47,719 nucleotides of DNA from Octopus sinensis (GCF_006345805.1 NW_021834519.1:1-47719); one strand, 5' to 3'. Numbered from the stretch's first letter, positions 1 to 12,285 are shown. Numbers and translations: made by a program. The notes: a model not told the origin generated them from the sequence alone.

Positions 1-90
1 ACAAACGAACTTTTTTCGAACAACGAATATAACAGAGAAATGAAGGCCTGCAACATAAAGAATATTCCCCTTCTTCAGTTGTCCCTAAGG

Positions 91-829
91 AAGTGGAGAG
101 GAAATGAAATCGACAGATATCAGCCGGTAAACATTCCTGTAACCGTAAAAATTAATACAGAGAGTTGCTTATTTGCAAAAAAAAAAATATATATATATAT
201 AACATGTGACTTCATTGACCGAGGTTACCGTGGTCTTTTCCGCAGGCTTTTCTTTCCACGGGTAAACCTCACCTGTCCTCCCCTTTACACTTCATATTGA
301 CATTTCTGTGATAACGATCCCTATTGATCAATTTTTTTTCTTTCCTTTTTTTTTCCTCCCCCCCCCTTTTAAAAAAAATTTTATTCCCCCTTTTTTTGTC
401 CTCTTTCTTTCCCTTTACGATCCCTTTTGATCGAAAACCAAACCCCCTTTTTTTACCCCCAAAAAGAAAAGGCTCTACCTTGTAATTTGTCCTGTCTGTG
501 TGCAGCCCTGTGTGGCTAATAAAGAAACATATATATTTCAATGTGTTGGATTGATACACACACATGTATTAGTGGTATAGATTATCAAAAAAGGAACTAG
601 CACCTACACACCCATTCCGTTTTAGAAAAAATCTGTTCATTTGCTCATTTGCTCATCTGCTCAATTGCTTCCACACCATTGTTTTTGCATTTATCCAATT
701 ACAAACTCTTTCCATTTGATAATCTATACCACTAATACATGTGTGTGTATCAATCCAATACAGTGGAATAAATAGATATACTGGAATGTTTACCGGCTGA
801 ATTCTGCCGATTTCATATCCTCTCCACTT
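91..829. mobile_element. Foldback/MITE-like element whose left arm is interrupted by an insertion
   Basis: 546-589 is the exact reverse complement of 715-758 (44 bp). 91-139 matches the reverse complement of 781-829 at 44/49. The spacer 590-714 holds a short TGCTCATT-like tandem. Confidence 0.7.
200..535 (+). mobile_element. Corrupted family-A SINE copy with homopolymer-inflated middle
   Basis: The end (TTTGTCCTGTCTGTGTGCAGCCCTGTGTGGCTAATAAAGAAAC) resembles the family-A long tail seen at 1320-1360. The middle consists of long C/T/A runs. Confidence 0.4.
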
Positions 830-1005
830 TCTTATTTGCCGTATAAATCAAGGGTAAACCACTTCTTACCCCCGCCCATATATAACACTCAATTGCGAGA
901 TTGCCACGCAATAACTAGCACTTGGGTATGAATAATTGGGTACACTACCAGCAGTATATTGGATAGGTGCTATCCCTTAGTTGGTTTCTCAACCTCTAAC
1001 GCACA

Positions 1006-1123
<118 letters not shown>

Positions 1124-1129
1124 AGACGA

Positions 1130-1360
1130 GGCGGCGAGCTGGCAGAAACATTAGCGCGCCGGGCGAAAAGCGTAGCCGTATTTCGTCTGCCGTTACGTTC
1201 CGAGTTCAAATTCCGCCGAGGTCGACTTTGCCTTTCATCCTTTCGGGGTCGATTAAATAAGTACCAGTTACGCACTGGGGTCGATGTAATCGACTTAATC
1301 CGTTTGTCTGTCCTAGTTTGTCCTCTCTGTGTTTAGCCCCTTGTGGGTAGGAAATAAATA
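1130..1360 (+). mobile_element. tRNA-derived SINE, family A (long tail)
   Basis: GGCGGCGAGCTGGCAGAA head, B-box-like GAGTTCAAATTCC, body GCCTTTCATCCTTTCGGGGTCGAT...AAGTACCAG, tail GCCCCTTGTGGGTAG. Many homologs in the window. Confidence 0.9.
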
Positions 1361-1424
1361 TATATACACACATACAAACACACAAATACACACAAACACA
1401 CGCACATATACATTCATAATTATG

Positions 1425-1703
1425 GTTAGTCCCCATTATTCCGTAAGGAGTACGGGGCTGGTTTCCCGGTTTTTCTGGAGTATACATTCAATCCTTCCTG
1501 GACGGGACGCAGGTCCGTCTGTCACAAGATGCCTCACAAGATTGCGCAGGTCCGTCTGTCATATGATTGCCAGCTGAGTGGAACGGTGCAACATGAAATG
1601 AAGCGTTATGTAAAAGAGTAGAATGCATCATTAGGTCCAGGAATCGAAACCGCAATCTTACGATCATCAGTACAACACCCAAACCACTAAGCCATGCACC
1701 TCC
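1425..1703 (-). mobile_element. Diverged tRNA-derived SINE with an F-like head and a D-like tail
   Basis: Minus strand starts GGAGGTGCATGGCTTAGTGG and has GGTTTCGATTCC. The tail GACGGACCTGCGTCCCGTCCAGG...GAAACCAGCC is similar to copies at 37589 and 46273. Confidence 0.65.
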
Positions 1704-1719
1704 ACACTTGTGAGAGAAT

Positions 1720-1728
1720 GTGTGTGTG

Positions 1729-1759
<31 letters not shown>

Positions 1760-1835
1760 CATAGGCACACACAACACACCACACACATATATATAATATA
1801 TATACATATATTATATATACTTATATATATATATA

Positions 1836-1897
<62 letters not shown>

Positions 1898-1940
1898 TAT
1901 ATATATATATATAGTATATATATCTATATATATATATACT
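1720..1940. repeat. (TG)/(GA)/(CA)/(TA)n compound microsatellite
   Basis: Directly visible. Confidence 0.95.
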
Positions 1941-2219
1941 ACTCGAATATTTTGTGTTTACTAATTGTATTTTGAATTCTTATAAATTGAATTATCAAAT
2001 GCAAAATGGTAGATTAGTACTTTTCATGAGCGTCGTGTGAAGTATTATGCTTTGCATGAAATATCATCGTTGGTATAAAAATTAATTTTTGTCAAAAATT
2101 TGTAATCTTTAGAAGGGTGATTAAATAATTATCTTCGTCTCTTGGTGGTTGTAAATACCCTGCATATCTTTTTCCCTAATTATAGTAGAAAGCTTGTAAA
2201 TGCTGGTTGAAATATGACT

Positions 2220-2229
2220 GTATAATATC

Positions 2230-2272
<43 letters not shown>

Positions 2273-2282
2273 ATAATATATA

Positions 2283-2324
<42 letters not shown>

Positions 2325-2325
2325 A
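2220..2325. repeat. (TA)n-rich microsatellite
   Basis: Directly visible. Confidence 0.9.
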
Positions 2326-2595
2326 AATAAGAAAATGGAGAAATACATCGAAATCAAATATCAACTACCAGATAATACTCAATCACATACTTTATTAAAC
2401 CACCACATAAGAAACTATAAGGTTAAACATAATAATGCAGGGTAAAACAGTGTACATGAAAGAGTATACATAAAATAGTAATGTTATACAATATGTAGAA
2501 TACGTATAATTGAACATAAATATAAGTACACATAAATAGTATATTGGATATATGGTATCCCATGGTGGGTTGCATTTACAACCCCTATCTCAATT

Positions 2596-2885
<290 letters not shown>

Positions 2886-2924
2886 ATAGGCAAACAGACA
2901 GATTATAATTATTATTATGATTCA

Positions 2925-3130
2925 AGCGGAGAACTGGCAGAATCGTTAGCACGCTGGACAGAAGTGGTAAGTGGCCTTTCATCCGACTTTACATTCTGTG
3001 TTTAAACTCTGCCGAAGTTGAATATGCCTTTCGTCTTTTCGAGATCGATCAAATAAGTATCATTTGAGCACTGGGGATCGATGTAATTGATTAGCTCCTC
3101 CCCGCAAATGTCAAGCTTTGTGTCTATTGA
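2925..3130 (+). mobile_element. Diverged family-A SINE
   Basis: GCGGAGAACTGGCAGAATCGTTAGCACG head; GCCTTTCGTCTTTTCGAGATCGATCAAATAAGTA body. Confidence 0.75.
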
Positions 3131-3154
3131 AGGAAGAATTATTGCTGTTATTAA

Positions 3155-3365
3155 GGGAGCGAGCAAGCAAAATCGTTAGTGAGTTGGACAAAATGGCTCG
3201 TGGTATTTCTTCCGGCTCTTTACGCTCTGAACTAAAATCTCGTCGAGCTCAACTTTGCCTTTCATCTTTTCTAGATCAATAAAATAAAGTACCGGTCAAG
3301 TAATGAATCGATGGAATCACCTAAACCATCCCCTAAAATTTGCTGGCCTTGTGCCTAAATCAGAA
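3155..3365 (+). mobile_element. Diverged family-A SINE (short tail)
   Basis: CAACTTTGCCTTTCATC...AATAAAGTACC...CCCTAAAATTTGCTGGCCTTGTGCC. Confidence 0.7.
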
Positions 3366-3790
3366 GCTATTTTTAGTATTCTTTTTAAGAAAATTATTAT
3401 TATTTTGCACTGCATATGCCCCGCTTTGTTAGTTGCTTCTGTTGGGAATATTATGTATTGTTCATTTTCTCTCGATAGAACTTTCGTTAAATCAGGAACT
3501 CTGCTTCCGTTTGAAGATGGAGGTAGTGAGTGAGGAGCCTAAAAGGCACCTCTCTTATAACACAAAATTTTACCTTATCGTAAATATCAGTTAAGCAATA
3601 CACGCCTACTAAGATTTATGAAGTATTCAGAGGGAAAATGACTTCTCTGTCTACGACTCTTACCAGCAACGATTCCACGTAAAACGTCAACGTCTTGATT
3701 TCAACTTTAGCTGCATCAGTGACACTAAGCATTTTTCCCCGGCGTGCTAAATATTCTGTTAGCTCACCACCCTTATATAGTATATTATGT

Positions 3791-4175
3791 GGAGACGCAA
3801 TGGCCCAGTGGTTAGGGCAGCGGACTTGCGGTCATAGGATCGCGGTTTCGATTCCCAGACCGGGCGTTGTGAGTGTTTATTGAGCGAAAACACCTAAAAG
3901 CTCAACGGGGCTCCGGCAGGGGATGGTGGTGATCCCTGCTGTACTCTTTCACCACAACTTTCTCTTACTCTTACTTCCTGTTTCTGTTGTACCTGTATTT
4001 CAAAGGGGCCGGCCTTGTCACTCTCTGTGTCACGCTGAATATCCCCGAGAACTACGTTAAGGGTGCACGTGTCTGTGGAGTGCTCAGCCACTTACACGTT
4101 AATTTCACGAGCAGGCTGTTCCGTTGATTCGGATCAACCGGAACCCTCATCGTCGTAACCGACGGAGTGCTTCCA
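3791..4175 (+). mobile_element. tRNA-derived SINE, family C, full length with target-site duplication
   Basis: A box TGGCCCAGTGG, B-box-like GGTTTCGATTCC. About 97% identical to 39218-39600 by manual comparison. 10-bp TSD AGTATATTAT at 3779-3788 and 4180-4189. Confidence 0.93.
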
Positions 4176-4560
4176 TAACAGTATATTATTAAGTCCGGGA
4201 ATATGGAATACAAATAGATCTCGGCACATTTGAACTCCGTATGTAAATGGCTGAAATTAGATGGTGCAAAACATTTCATCCAGTACTCTAATAATTCTTC
4301 GACTCCACCTCTTTAACAATCTACTGTATACCATTTTTAGTGGAAACTATTTATTCCTATGTATCGATATTACACGTAGTTACACGAGTGTCAGCGCTAG
4401 CCACCAAGGTTTGTATAACAAGAGTTTGATAAGCCTGGAACTTCTAGCTTCACTACTCCTCCCTACACATCCTTCAAATAATAGCTGCATAACCGTTGAA
4501 TTGCACTCAGCTCTCTTAGAAAAAAAATGGCCATTTTAGGTAATGTTGTCCCTGGTGCAT

Positions 4561-4965
4561 AACTTAGATAACTTAGATATGTTTCGACCAAAGATTGATT
4601 CAGGCCATGTCTAACTTAATAGCACCACCTGATAGGATTATTCGAATCCTGTTTAAGTCAAGTTTTGTTCAAGTAGTGAGTTCTTGTTGGGTGAGTTGTA
4701 TCCAATTATGGGTGGCTTATCTGGTATTCTTTGAAGGAATCTATCTAGACTCCGTTTAAAGTTGATGGGATCCTTTTCCTCTTTGATCTCCCTCGGGACA
4801 ACGTTAAATAGGGCAGGGCCTGTTGAGGAAAAGAAATTATGTTGCAGTGTACATGTATGTTGTGATCTTGAATTGGGCAGGGGACGTATGGCCCGTGGTC
4901 CCAGTCTTGGATGAACCTTGAATGGAAAAAAATAACAGAATATTTGCATTTGAAGTCGATCATTT
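4561..4965 (-). mobile_element. 5'-truncated CR1/L2-like LINE: ORF2 C-terminus plus 3' tail
   Basis: Translation HPRLGPRAIRP...HNFFSSTGPALFNVVPREIKEEKDPINFKRSLDRFLQRIPDKP resembles invertebrate CR1-group ORF2 ends (recalled). The 3' end has a short repeat TATCTAAGTTATCTAAGTT. Confidence 0.7.
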
Positions 4966-5384
4966 GTATTCTTCAACACATATTGTTTAAGGTTAATAGC
5001 AATAGCAACAGCCAGGAGCTTTGTGCTCTACGCGTTGGGTTAACCGTTTATAGAACTGGTTAAAGACGATGCTGATGTCTGCCGATGTCCTTAAAAATGT
5101 AACAAGTTCGAAACTGATGCTGTAAAGAGAAGTGCAATGTATGTTTTGAGGACTGAGAATTGAACTACGGTTAAAGTAATCATTGAGGATCGGAAATCTT
5201 CTTGTTGAAGGGATTGGCATCGTATCTCAATTGTGATAGTACTAATGATGTGCACAGTTATTTAGTTGTATCAGGGAAAGGAATTGTGGCGCGTTTCTGT
5301 GAACAAGAAGCATAGTCGGCAGCAGAAATAGTGCGAGTGTTCGTTTCTTGCTGGTATTTATGCAGCACAATAACCTTATATTAT

Positions 5385-5600
5385 ACATTTCTTTATTGCC
5401 CACAAGGGACTAAGCAAGCACAGACAAACGGATTAAGTCGATTACATCGACTCCAGTGCGTAACTGGCACTTTATTTATCGATCCCAAAAGGATGAAAGG
5501 CAAAGTCGACCTCGGCGGAATTTGAACTCAGAACGTAACGGCAGCCGAAATACTGGTAAGCATTCTGGCCGGCGTGTAAACAATTCTGCCAGCTCGCCGC
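5385..5600 (-). mobile_element. Family-A SINE (long tail)
   Basis: Reverse-complement match to 1130-1360. Confidence 0.88.
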
Positions 5601-6119
5601 TATAGGCTTAAGTTATATTTTCAATTCTTTTACTCAGACAATAGAAAGCTGCTTCAGTATACAATCTTGTTATGCAACATTAGAAATAAGGAAACTGCTA
5701 GATTGCATGCTGTTGTATTTTATCGCGTCTCGTGATATCGATAAATAAATTATTCTCGGTTGTTATGAAGCACAGCGCAAAAGTGCTGGTGAAACCCAAA
5801 GTCCGTTTAGACTGAATAAAATCATTTTAAAGTTTACAAATATTTGGCACATGACTGTTGCATTTCTTACAAAAATTACGTCAGTGGTTTTGTCTGTCTT
5901 TGCAGCTGCGCAGTTTTTTAGACAAATTTTTCTTTCGTTAGTGGAAACGTCTGTTCGTCGTTACTCCAAGCAAATATTTACGTGACAAAGACAAGAGTAA
6001 AATATCTCAGTAATTATTCTTGTACGATGACTACCACAGGCGATATTGCAAAACGCCCAGTGTTCATTGTAGGTTAATAACAGAGGCCATCACTTACCGG
6101 TCTTTTTCTAACGTTTAGC

Positions 6120-6197
6120 TTAGAGAGAGAGGGGGGGTGAGAAAGAGGGAGAAAGAGAGAGGGGGTAGAGAGAGAGAGAGAGAGGTGGAGAGGGAGA
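6120..6197. repeat. (GA)n-rich microsatellite
   Basis: Directly visible. Confidence 0.85.
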
Positions 6198-6315
6198 TGC
6201 AGTGTGTTTGTTTCTTTTAGGACGAAGGATATATCCAGTTGGTATCTATTTTCTTGTAAACCAGAAAAGACGATCTTTGAACTCAATGCTGGTCGCAAAA
6301 TAAACTCGCTTAACA

Positions 6316-7390
6316 ACAGCGAGGAACACAGAATTTGGTGCTTTAGATATTAGAATTGTTTTTAGTTCAATTTTTCGTCGCTAATTCTAAATACGCCATT
6401 AGTTTTTCTCCCTCAGCTCTGGCCGCCGAGATAAATTATAACTCTAATTGTTATGCATACGACTTATCAGGAATAAAGACTGATGAGTACAAATCATTTT
6501 TGAAGTCTTTTGGATGAAAGAATGGCTTCGCACAAGAATATGTTTATTTATGATAAAATTAGATCCAGAGAATCAGATAATAGTGAAACAAACATAGAAA
6601 GTTGTCATGGATACATTGTTGATTTACTCAGACGGCTCACAAAAGCAGCGTTACAAAGACTTCCTATGGTAGGCTGCCCCCGAACGATCCCGTGAATGAT
6701 CTATCAGCAATCTGCCATCATATGGGCATGCCAGTCTCCCCGAGAGTTTTTTCCAATAGTTCTTAAACCATCGCAGAATCGTTCATCCTATTTATAACTT
6801 AGGTCACCAAAATTTTCTGGGAAATAATCCAAGTGACCGTGAAGGAGATGCCCTTTGATGTTCATATTACAACCAAGGTCACAGAAAGAAATAAGTCCTA
6901 TACTAGTTCAGAATAGTCATCTTTATGACTTCCAAGGACATTCCTTACAGTCAAAGTGAACGATGACCACGCATCTATCTCACCAATGTTCATTGAATCT
7001 TGGACATCTGGATCTTCCATGACTTCCCTGATTAGTGGCGGATCGAAAATGCCCGCCTTCGGACTCTCCATATCCATCACTGGAAATTCTTTGTACATGT
7101 CAACGCTGTTCCCTTCTATGTCCAAAGCCTTTAAGAATTAATTCATTAAACCTAGTTTAATATGCAGTGGTGATAAAATAATCTGATTTCTGTCAACCAA
7201 GTGCTCTAAAATTACTTTCTTTTGTCCCACGATGATGTTTTCACTCAGTGGCCATTATTTCCTCATCCAGTGCTCATCCTTAGATCTACTATCCCAAATT
7301 CTGATAAAGCAGGGACACTTGACATATCCACTTTGCTGACCCAGAAAAAAAATTCACCATCTTATGATCTACACAGATTAGCCATTGGTA
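6316..7390 (-). mobile_element. Decayed Chapaev3-like (CMC superfamily) DNA transposon: transposase C-terminal half and probable right end
   Basis: Minus-strand translation through stops and frameshifts gives WLICVDHKMVNFFLGQQSGYVKCPCFIRIWDSR...ILSPLHIKLGLM...KAGIFDPPLIR...AWSSFTLTVRNVLGSHK...LGCNMNIKGHLLHGHLDYFPENFGDLSYK*DERF...HMMADC. The H-x3-H and ERF motifs match this family as I recall it. The superfamily name is inferred. Confidence 0.75.
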
Positions 7391-7743
7391 ATCCTGGTAA
7401 GAAATCTTTTGTGAGACCAAGGCGATTGTTTGCTGTAATTCAACTGGTATTACACAGGAATACATGCTGTGACATACTCATGAGAAGTACAGTTAGCCAT
7501 AAGTGTATTAGCTCAAAAACTAGAGATACTAAAAGCAAAGCAAACAAAGAGATACTAAAAGCAAACAAAGCAAACAAAATCTTATTCAGTGGTGTGAATA
7601 CCCTTAGAATCGGGTTTAAAATCTGAGGCGCTCAAAATCTATCGTGAATTTGTTTCGAGAATGAAACTGGGTATGTTTTCTCTGAGGAGAATCCTACAAA
7701 ATGGGAAACGGTCCATCAGGAGACCCCTTCCCACTTTTTTATA

Positions 7744-8165
7744 GGCGCAGGAGTGGCTGTCTGGTAAGTATCTTGCATACCTACCACATGGTTCCTGGTT
7801 CAGTCCCACTGCGTAGTACCTTGGGCGTCTTCTACTATAGCCTCGGGCCGACCAAAGCCTTGTGAGTGGATTTGGTAGCCCGTCGTATATATGTATATAT
7901 ATATATATGTGTGTGTATATATATATATATATACACACATATATATATATGTATGTATATATGTGTGTGTGTGTGTTTGTGTGGCTGTGTTTGTCCCCCC
8001 AACATTGCTTGAGAACCGATGCTGGTGTGTTTACGTCCCCGTAACTTAGCGGTTCGGCAAAATACACTGATAGAATAAGTCCTGGGGTCGATGTGCTCGA
8101 CTAAAAGGCGATGCTCCAGCATGGCCGCAGTCAAATGACTAAAACAAATAAAATAGTAAAAGAGA
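7744..8165 (+). mobile_element. tRNA-derived SINE, family B, with internal microsatellite
   Basis: GGCGCAGGAGTGGCTG head, GGTTCAGTCCC B-box-like motif, ACTATAGCCTCGGGCCGACC core, CAGCATGGCCGCAGTC tail. Confidence 0.9.
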
Positions 8166-8174
8166 GTAATCATA

Positions 8175-8592
8175 GGCGCAGGCGTGGCTGTGTTGTAAGA
8201 AGCTTGCTTACCAATCACGTGGTTCCAGGTTCAGTCCCACAATGTGGAACCTTGAGCATCTGTCTTCTACTATAGCCTCAGTCCGACCAAAGTCTTGTGT
8301 GTGGATATGGTAGACGGAAACTGAAAGAAGCCCGTCGTATATATGTGTATATGTGTGTGTCTTTGTGTCTGTGTTTCGTCCCCATCATCACTGCTTGACA
8401 ACCGGTGCTGGTGTGTTTACGTCCCCGTAACTTTACTGTTCGGCAAAAGAGAACAATAGAATAAATACAAAGCTCATAAAAACGATTAGGACTGGGGGGG
8501 GGTCGATACATACGACTAAAACTTTTTCAATGCGGTGCCCCAGCATGGCCGCAGTCTAATGACTGAGACAAGAAAAAGCCAGAGGATAAAAG
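8175..8592 (+). mobile_element. Family-B SINE, directly in tandem with the previous copy
   Basis: Same head, core and tail motifs. Confidence 0.9.
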
Positions 8593-8764
8593 ATACCAGT
8601 CTTCGATCATCCGAATGGAAAGGATTTCGCATTTAGCAGGAAGGTCCATCGACTGCTCCAAGGGTTGCAGAGGAATATATATGGACCGTGATCTGCGTAG
8701 ATCTGAGATTTATTGCGAACTAGCGGGACCCGTGAATATTTCACGGAATTAATGGTAAACAAAC

Positions 8765-9006
8765 TTTTTTTATTTGTTTCAGTCAGTTGATTACGGCCAT
8801 GCCGGAGCACCGCCTTTAATCGAGCAAATCGATCCCAGGACTTATTCTTTGTAAGCCTAGTGTTTATTCTACCAGTCGCTTTTGTCGAACCGCTAAGTTA
8901 CGGGGACGTAAACACACTAGCATCTGTTATCAAGCGATGTTGGAGATACAAATACAGATAAACAAACATATACATACATACATACATACATACATACATA
9001 CATACA

Positions 9007-9042
<36 letters not shown>

Positions 9043-9212
9043 TATATACGTATATACGACGGGCTTCTTTCAGTTTCCATCTACTAAATCCACTCACAAG
9101 GCTTTAGTCGTCACGAGGCTATAGTAGAAGACACTTGCCCAAGGTGCCACGCTGTGGGACTAAACCCGGTACCATGTTGTTTATAAGCAGGCTACTTACT
9201 ACACAGCCACTT
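8765..9212 (-). mobile_element. Family-B SINE with internal (CATA)n
   Basis: Reverse-complement match to other B copies. Confidence 0.9.
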
Positions 9213-9769
9213 CTTGGGTTATTTCTGAAAACCTTTTTGTCTGTACGGAAAGATAAGTGAAGGAAGTTGGAATACGATGATTGGTTAATGCATTTTATAT
9301 ATACATTTTATATACTTTATACACAATTTTATAGACTTAATACACAGCACTCTCCCACTATCTCTGTTACTCTTCACCTTACTCTTTTTTTCTCTCCCCT
9401 TTTTCTTTTGCTCTTCACGTTTCCCTTTAAATAATTATGTGAAAGCGTTACAGACGGGCTAAGTAACGGAGGAACAAGCAGAATTATTATAAGATGCTGT
9501 CCAATTATTGTTCTTTGAGCCAGAGAATAGAATTTGTAGGCTGCTATTTTCTTGGTTAACCAACTGAAAGAATCTAGAAACAGAAACTTTTGTAAATTCA
9601 TTGCAGCAGATGGAAGTAATATTGTAGTCCGGTTTTTGATGAGGAATTTAGATTTAAATCGCAAAATAGTGATCAAAAGGTTATTGCTTATACAAGCAAT
9701 ATTAATTGTTTGTCATGTGTGCACGCGTGTGTGTGCGAGTGTGTGTGTGTGTTTGGGTGTGCATATACG

Positions 9770-10179
9770 CTTTTACTCTTTTACTTGTTTCAGTCAGTTG
9801 ACTGCAGCCATGCTGGAGCACCGCCTTTAGTCGAGCAAATCGACCCCGGAACTTATTCTTTGTAAGCCCAGTACTTATTCTATCGGTCTCTTTTGCCGAA
9901 CTGCTAAGTGACGGGGACGTAAACACACCAGCATCGGTTGTCAAGCAATGCTAGGGGGACAAACACGACACACACAAACATATACACACACATACTAATA
10001 TATATATACATATATACGACGGGCTTCTTTCAGTTTCCGTCTACCAAATCCACTCACAAGGCATTGGTCGGCCCGAGGCTACAGTAGAAGACACTTGCCG
10101 AAAGTGTCACGCAGTGGGACTGAACCCGGAACCATGTGGTAGGTGAGCAAGCTACTTACCACACAGCCACTCCTGCGCC
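9770..10179 (-). mobile_element. Family-B SINE, full length
   Basis: Reverse-complement match; ends at TCCTGCGCC. Confidence 0.92.
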
Positions 10180-10196
10180 TATATGTGTATATTTTA

Positions 10197-10256
10197 TTCC
10201 TTTATTCTTTTATTTATTTCGGTCATTTGACTGTGGCCATGCTGGAGCACTGCTTA
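10197..10256 (-). mobile_element. Isolated 3' fragment of a family-B SINE
   Basis: GGTCATTTGACTGTGGCCATGCTGGAGCAC. Confidence 0.7.
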
Positions 10257-10944
10257 TTTATGCGTTCATTTGTATGTGTAAAATTATATATATATGTGTG
10301 TGTGTGTTTGTATGTGTATGTATGCATCTATGCATCTATGTATGCTTGTCTCTGCGTGTGTGTGTGTGTGTGTGTGTCTATCTTCTACTATAACTCATAC
10401 GCATCACTGTAAACCAATACACGCGCATACACGTGCGCGCCCCTGCACGCACAGAGACGGAAAAGCTGACCAGGAACTCATTATACCTTCTACATTATCA
10501 CCTTATAATTCCCCTCGCCAACTCCAGGGTCCTTTAGAAATCTTTCAGTTTGATTTACTGCCCCCCCATGCCCCCACCACCACCACCACACACACACACA
10601 CTCCCCAGCCACCCCCGCACTAACTCCGTCAAACAACAACACCTAACTTCACTCCCCGCACACCTCCCTCCACCACGCACCTTCCCCGGTGCAGCTTCTC
10701 CTTCAGGCACACACACACACACACACACACACACGCATACGCTGCGTCACCACAAGCCCCGCTTCGCATTATTTCCACCACTCTCCTCTCCAGGCTATAT
10801 CTTAAAAACTTAGTTACTCTAGAAAGCACACACGCACACATACACCCACACACACACACACACACACACATATACGTACACTCTCTCACACACACACGCA
10901 CATACACACACCAACAGACACACATACGTATGGACATGGACACA

Positions 10945-11017
<73 letters not shown>

Positions 11018-11160
11018 CATCATCATTATCATTATTATTATCAAACCCCTACATACACATACACACATATTCACATACACACATATTCACATACAAGCAC
11101 ATATCCATATACTATACATAGACGCATGTTCATCTACATTTTATAATTACTATATTATTA

Positions 11161-11196
<36 letters not shown>

Positions 11197-11230
11197 ATTT
11201 ACATATTATTATTATTATCATCATCATCAA

Positions 11231-11263
<33 letters not shown>

Positions 11264-11468
11264 TTTATTATTATTATTATATTATCATTATTATTATTAT
11301 TATTGTTATTGTTATTATTTCCTTATCATCATCATTATTTTATTATTATTATATTATTATATTATTATTACATTATTATTATTATTATTGTTATTGTTAT
11401 TATTATCCTTATCATCATTATTATTATTATTACATCATTATTATTATTATTATTATTATTAATTATCA

Positions 11469-11518
<50 letters not shown>

Positions 11519-11767
11519 TATCATTATATTATATTATTATTATTATTACTTATTATTTCATTATTATTATTATTATGTTATTGTTATTATTATCCTTATT
11601 ATTATATTATTATTATCATTATTATTTATTATTATTGTTATTGTTATTATTATCCTTATCATTATTATTATTATTATATTATTATTATTCTTATTATTAT
11701 TATTATTATATTATTATTGTTATTGTTATTATTATTATCCTTATCATCAGTATTATTATTATTATCA

Positions 11768-11800
<33 letters not shown>

Positions 11801-11835
11801 TATTATTATTATTATCATCTATTATTATTATTATT
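10945..11835. repeat. Long (TTA)n/(CAT)n trinucleotide arrays with a CA-rich interruption
   Basis: Directly visible; source of the poly-L/I/Y ORFs. Confidence 0.95.
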
Positions 11836-12269
11836 ACACCCCTCTCTCTCACACACCACACACACCACACATACACACACTCACACACATAATCACACAG
11901 AGACATTCGCACAGGGGCACATTAGTTCCTGCCTTATAAACTAGTTTATTTCTGCAGGCTCCAGGCGAGAAGTAACAAACTCCAATCACGATCAGATGCA
12001 CAATATTAGGGTTATTTTCGCCTCTGGCTGCAGCAACATCAGCATCATCATCAGCAGCAGCATCAGCATCAGCATCATCAACAGCAGCACCACTCTTAGC
12101 AACTTTACTAAATTACAACAACAAAAAACACACATCCAACGACCAATAGCAGGGAGATTTTTTTTTTTTTTGAAAAATAGGTGAAAATAGAACGACTGTA
12201 AAAACTACAAAAAACAAATACGACCCCTCCAGTAATCTTAGCAGGAAAATTAATTCACAAGCTTATATA

Positions 12270-12285
12270 CATACATATGTGTATG

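Noticed and set aside
3791-3870. tRNA-like sequences here and at 13930-14006, 16289, 37589, 39218 and 46273
   Set aside because: They have A/B boxes but run into SINE bodies and lack a complete acceptor stem, so they are SINE heads and not tRNA genes
4585-4612. Hammerhead ribozyme candidates (here, and CTGATGAG at about 6481 and 47569)
   Set aside because: The first has GAAAC but no CUGANGA core; the other two have the core but no stem II followed by GAAA
5906-5990. Strong acceptor TTTTGTCTGTCTTTGCAG
   Set aside because: All three frames hit stops within about 80 nt and there is no convincing donor
12029-12100. Poly-Q/H frame (CAG/CAT)
   Set aside because: Bounded by stops and explained by a trinucleotide repeat
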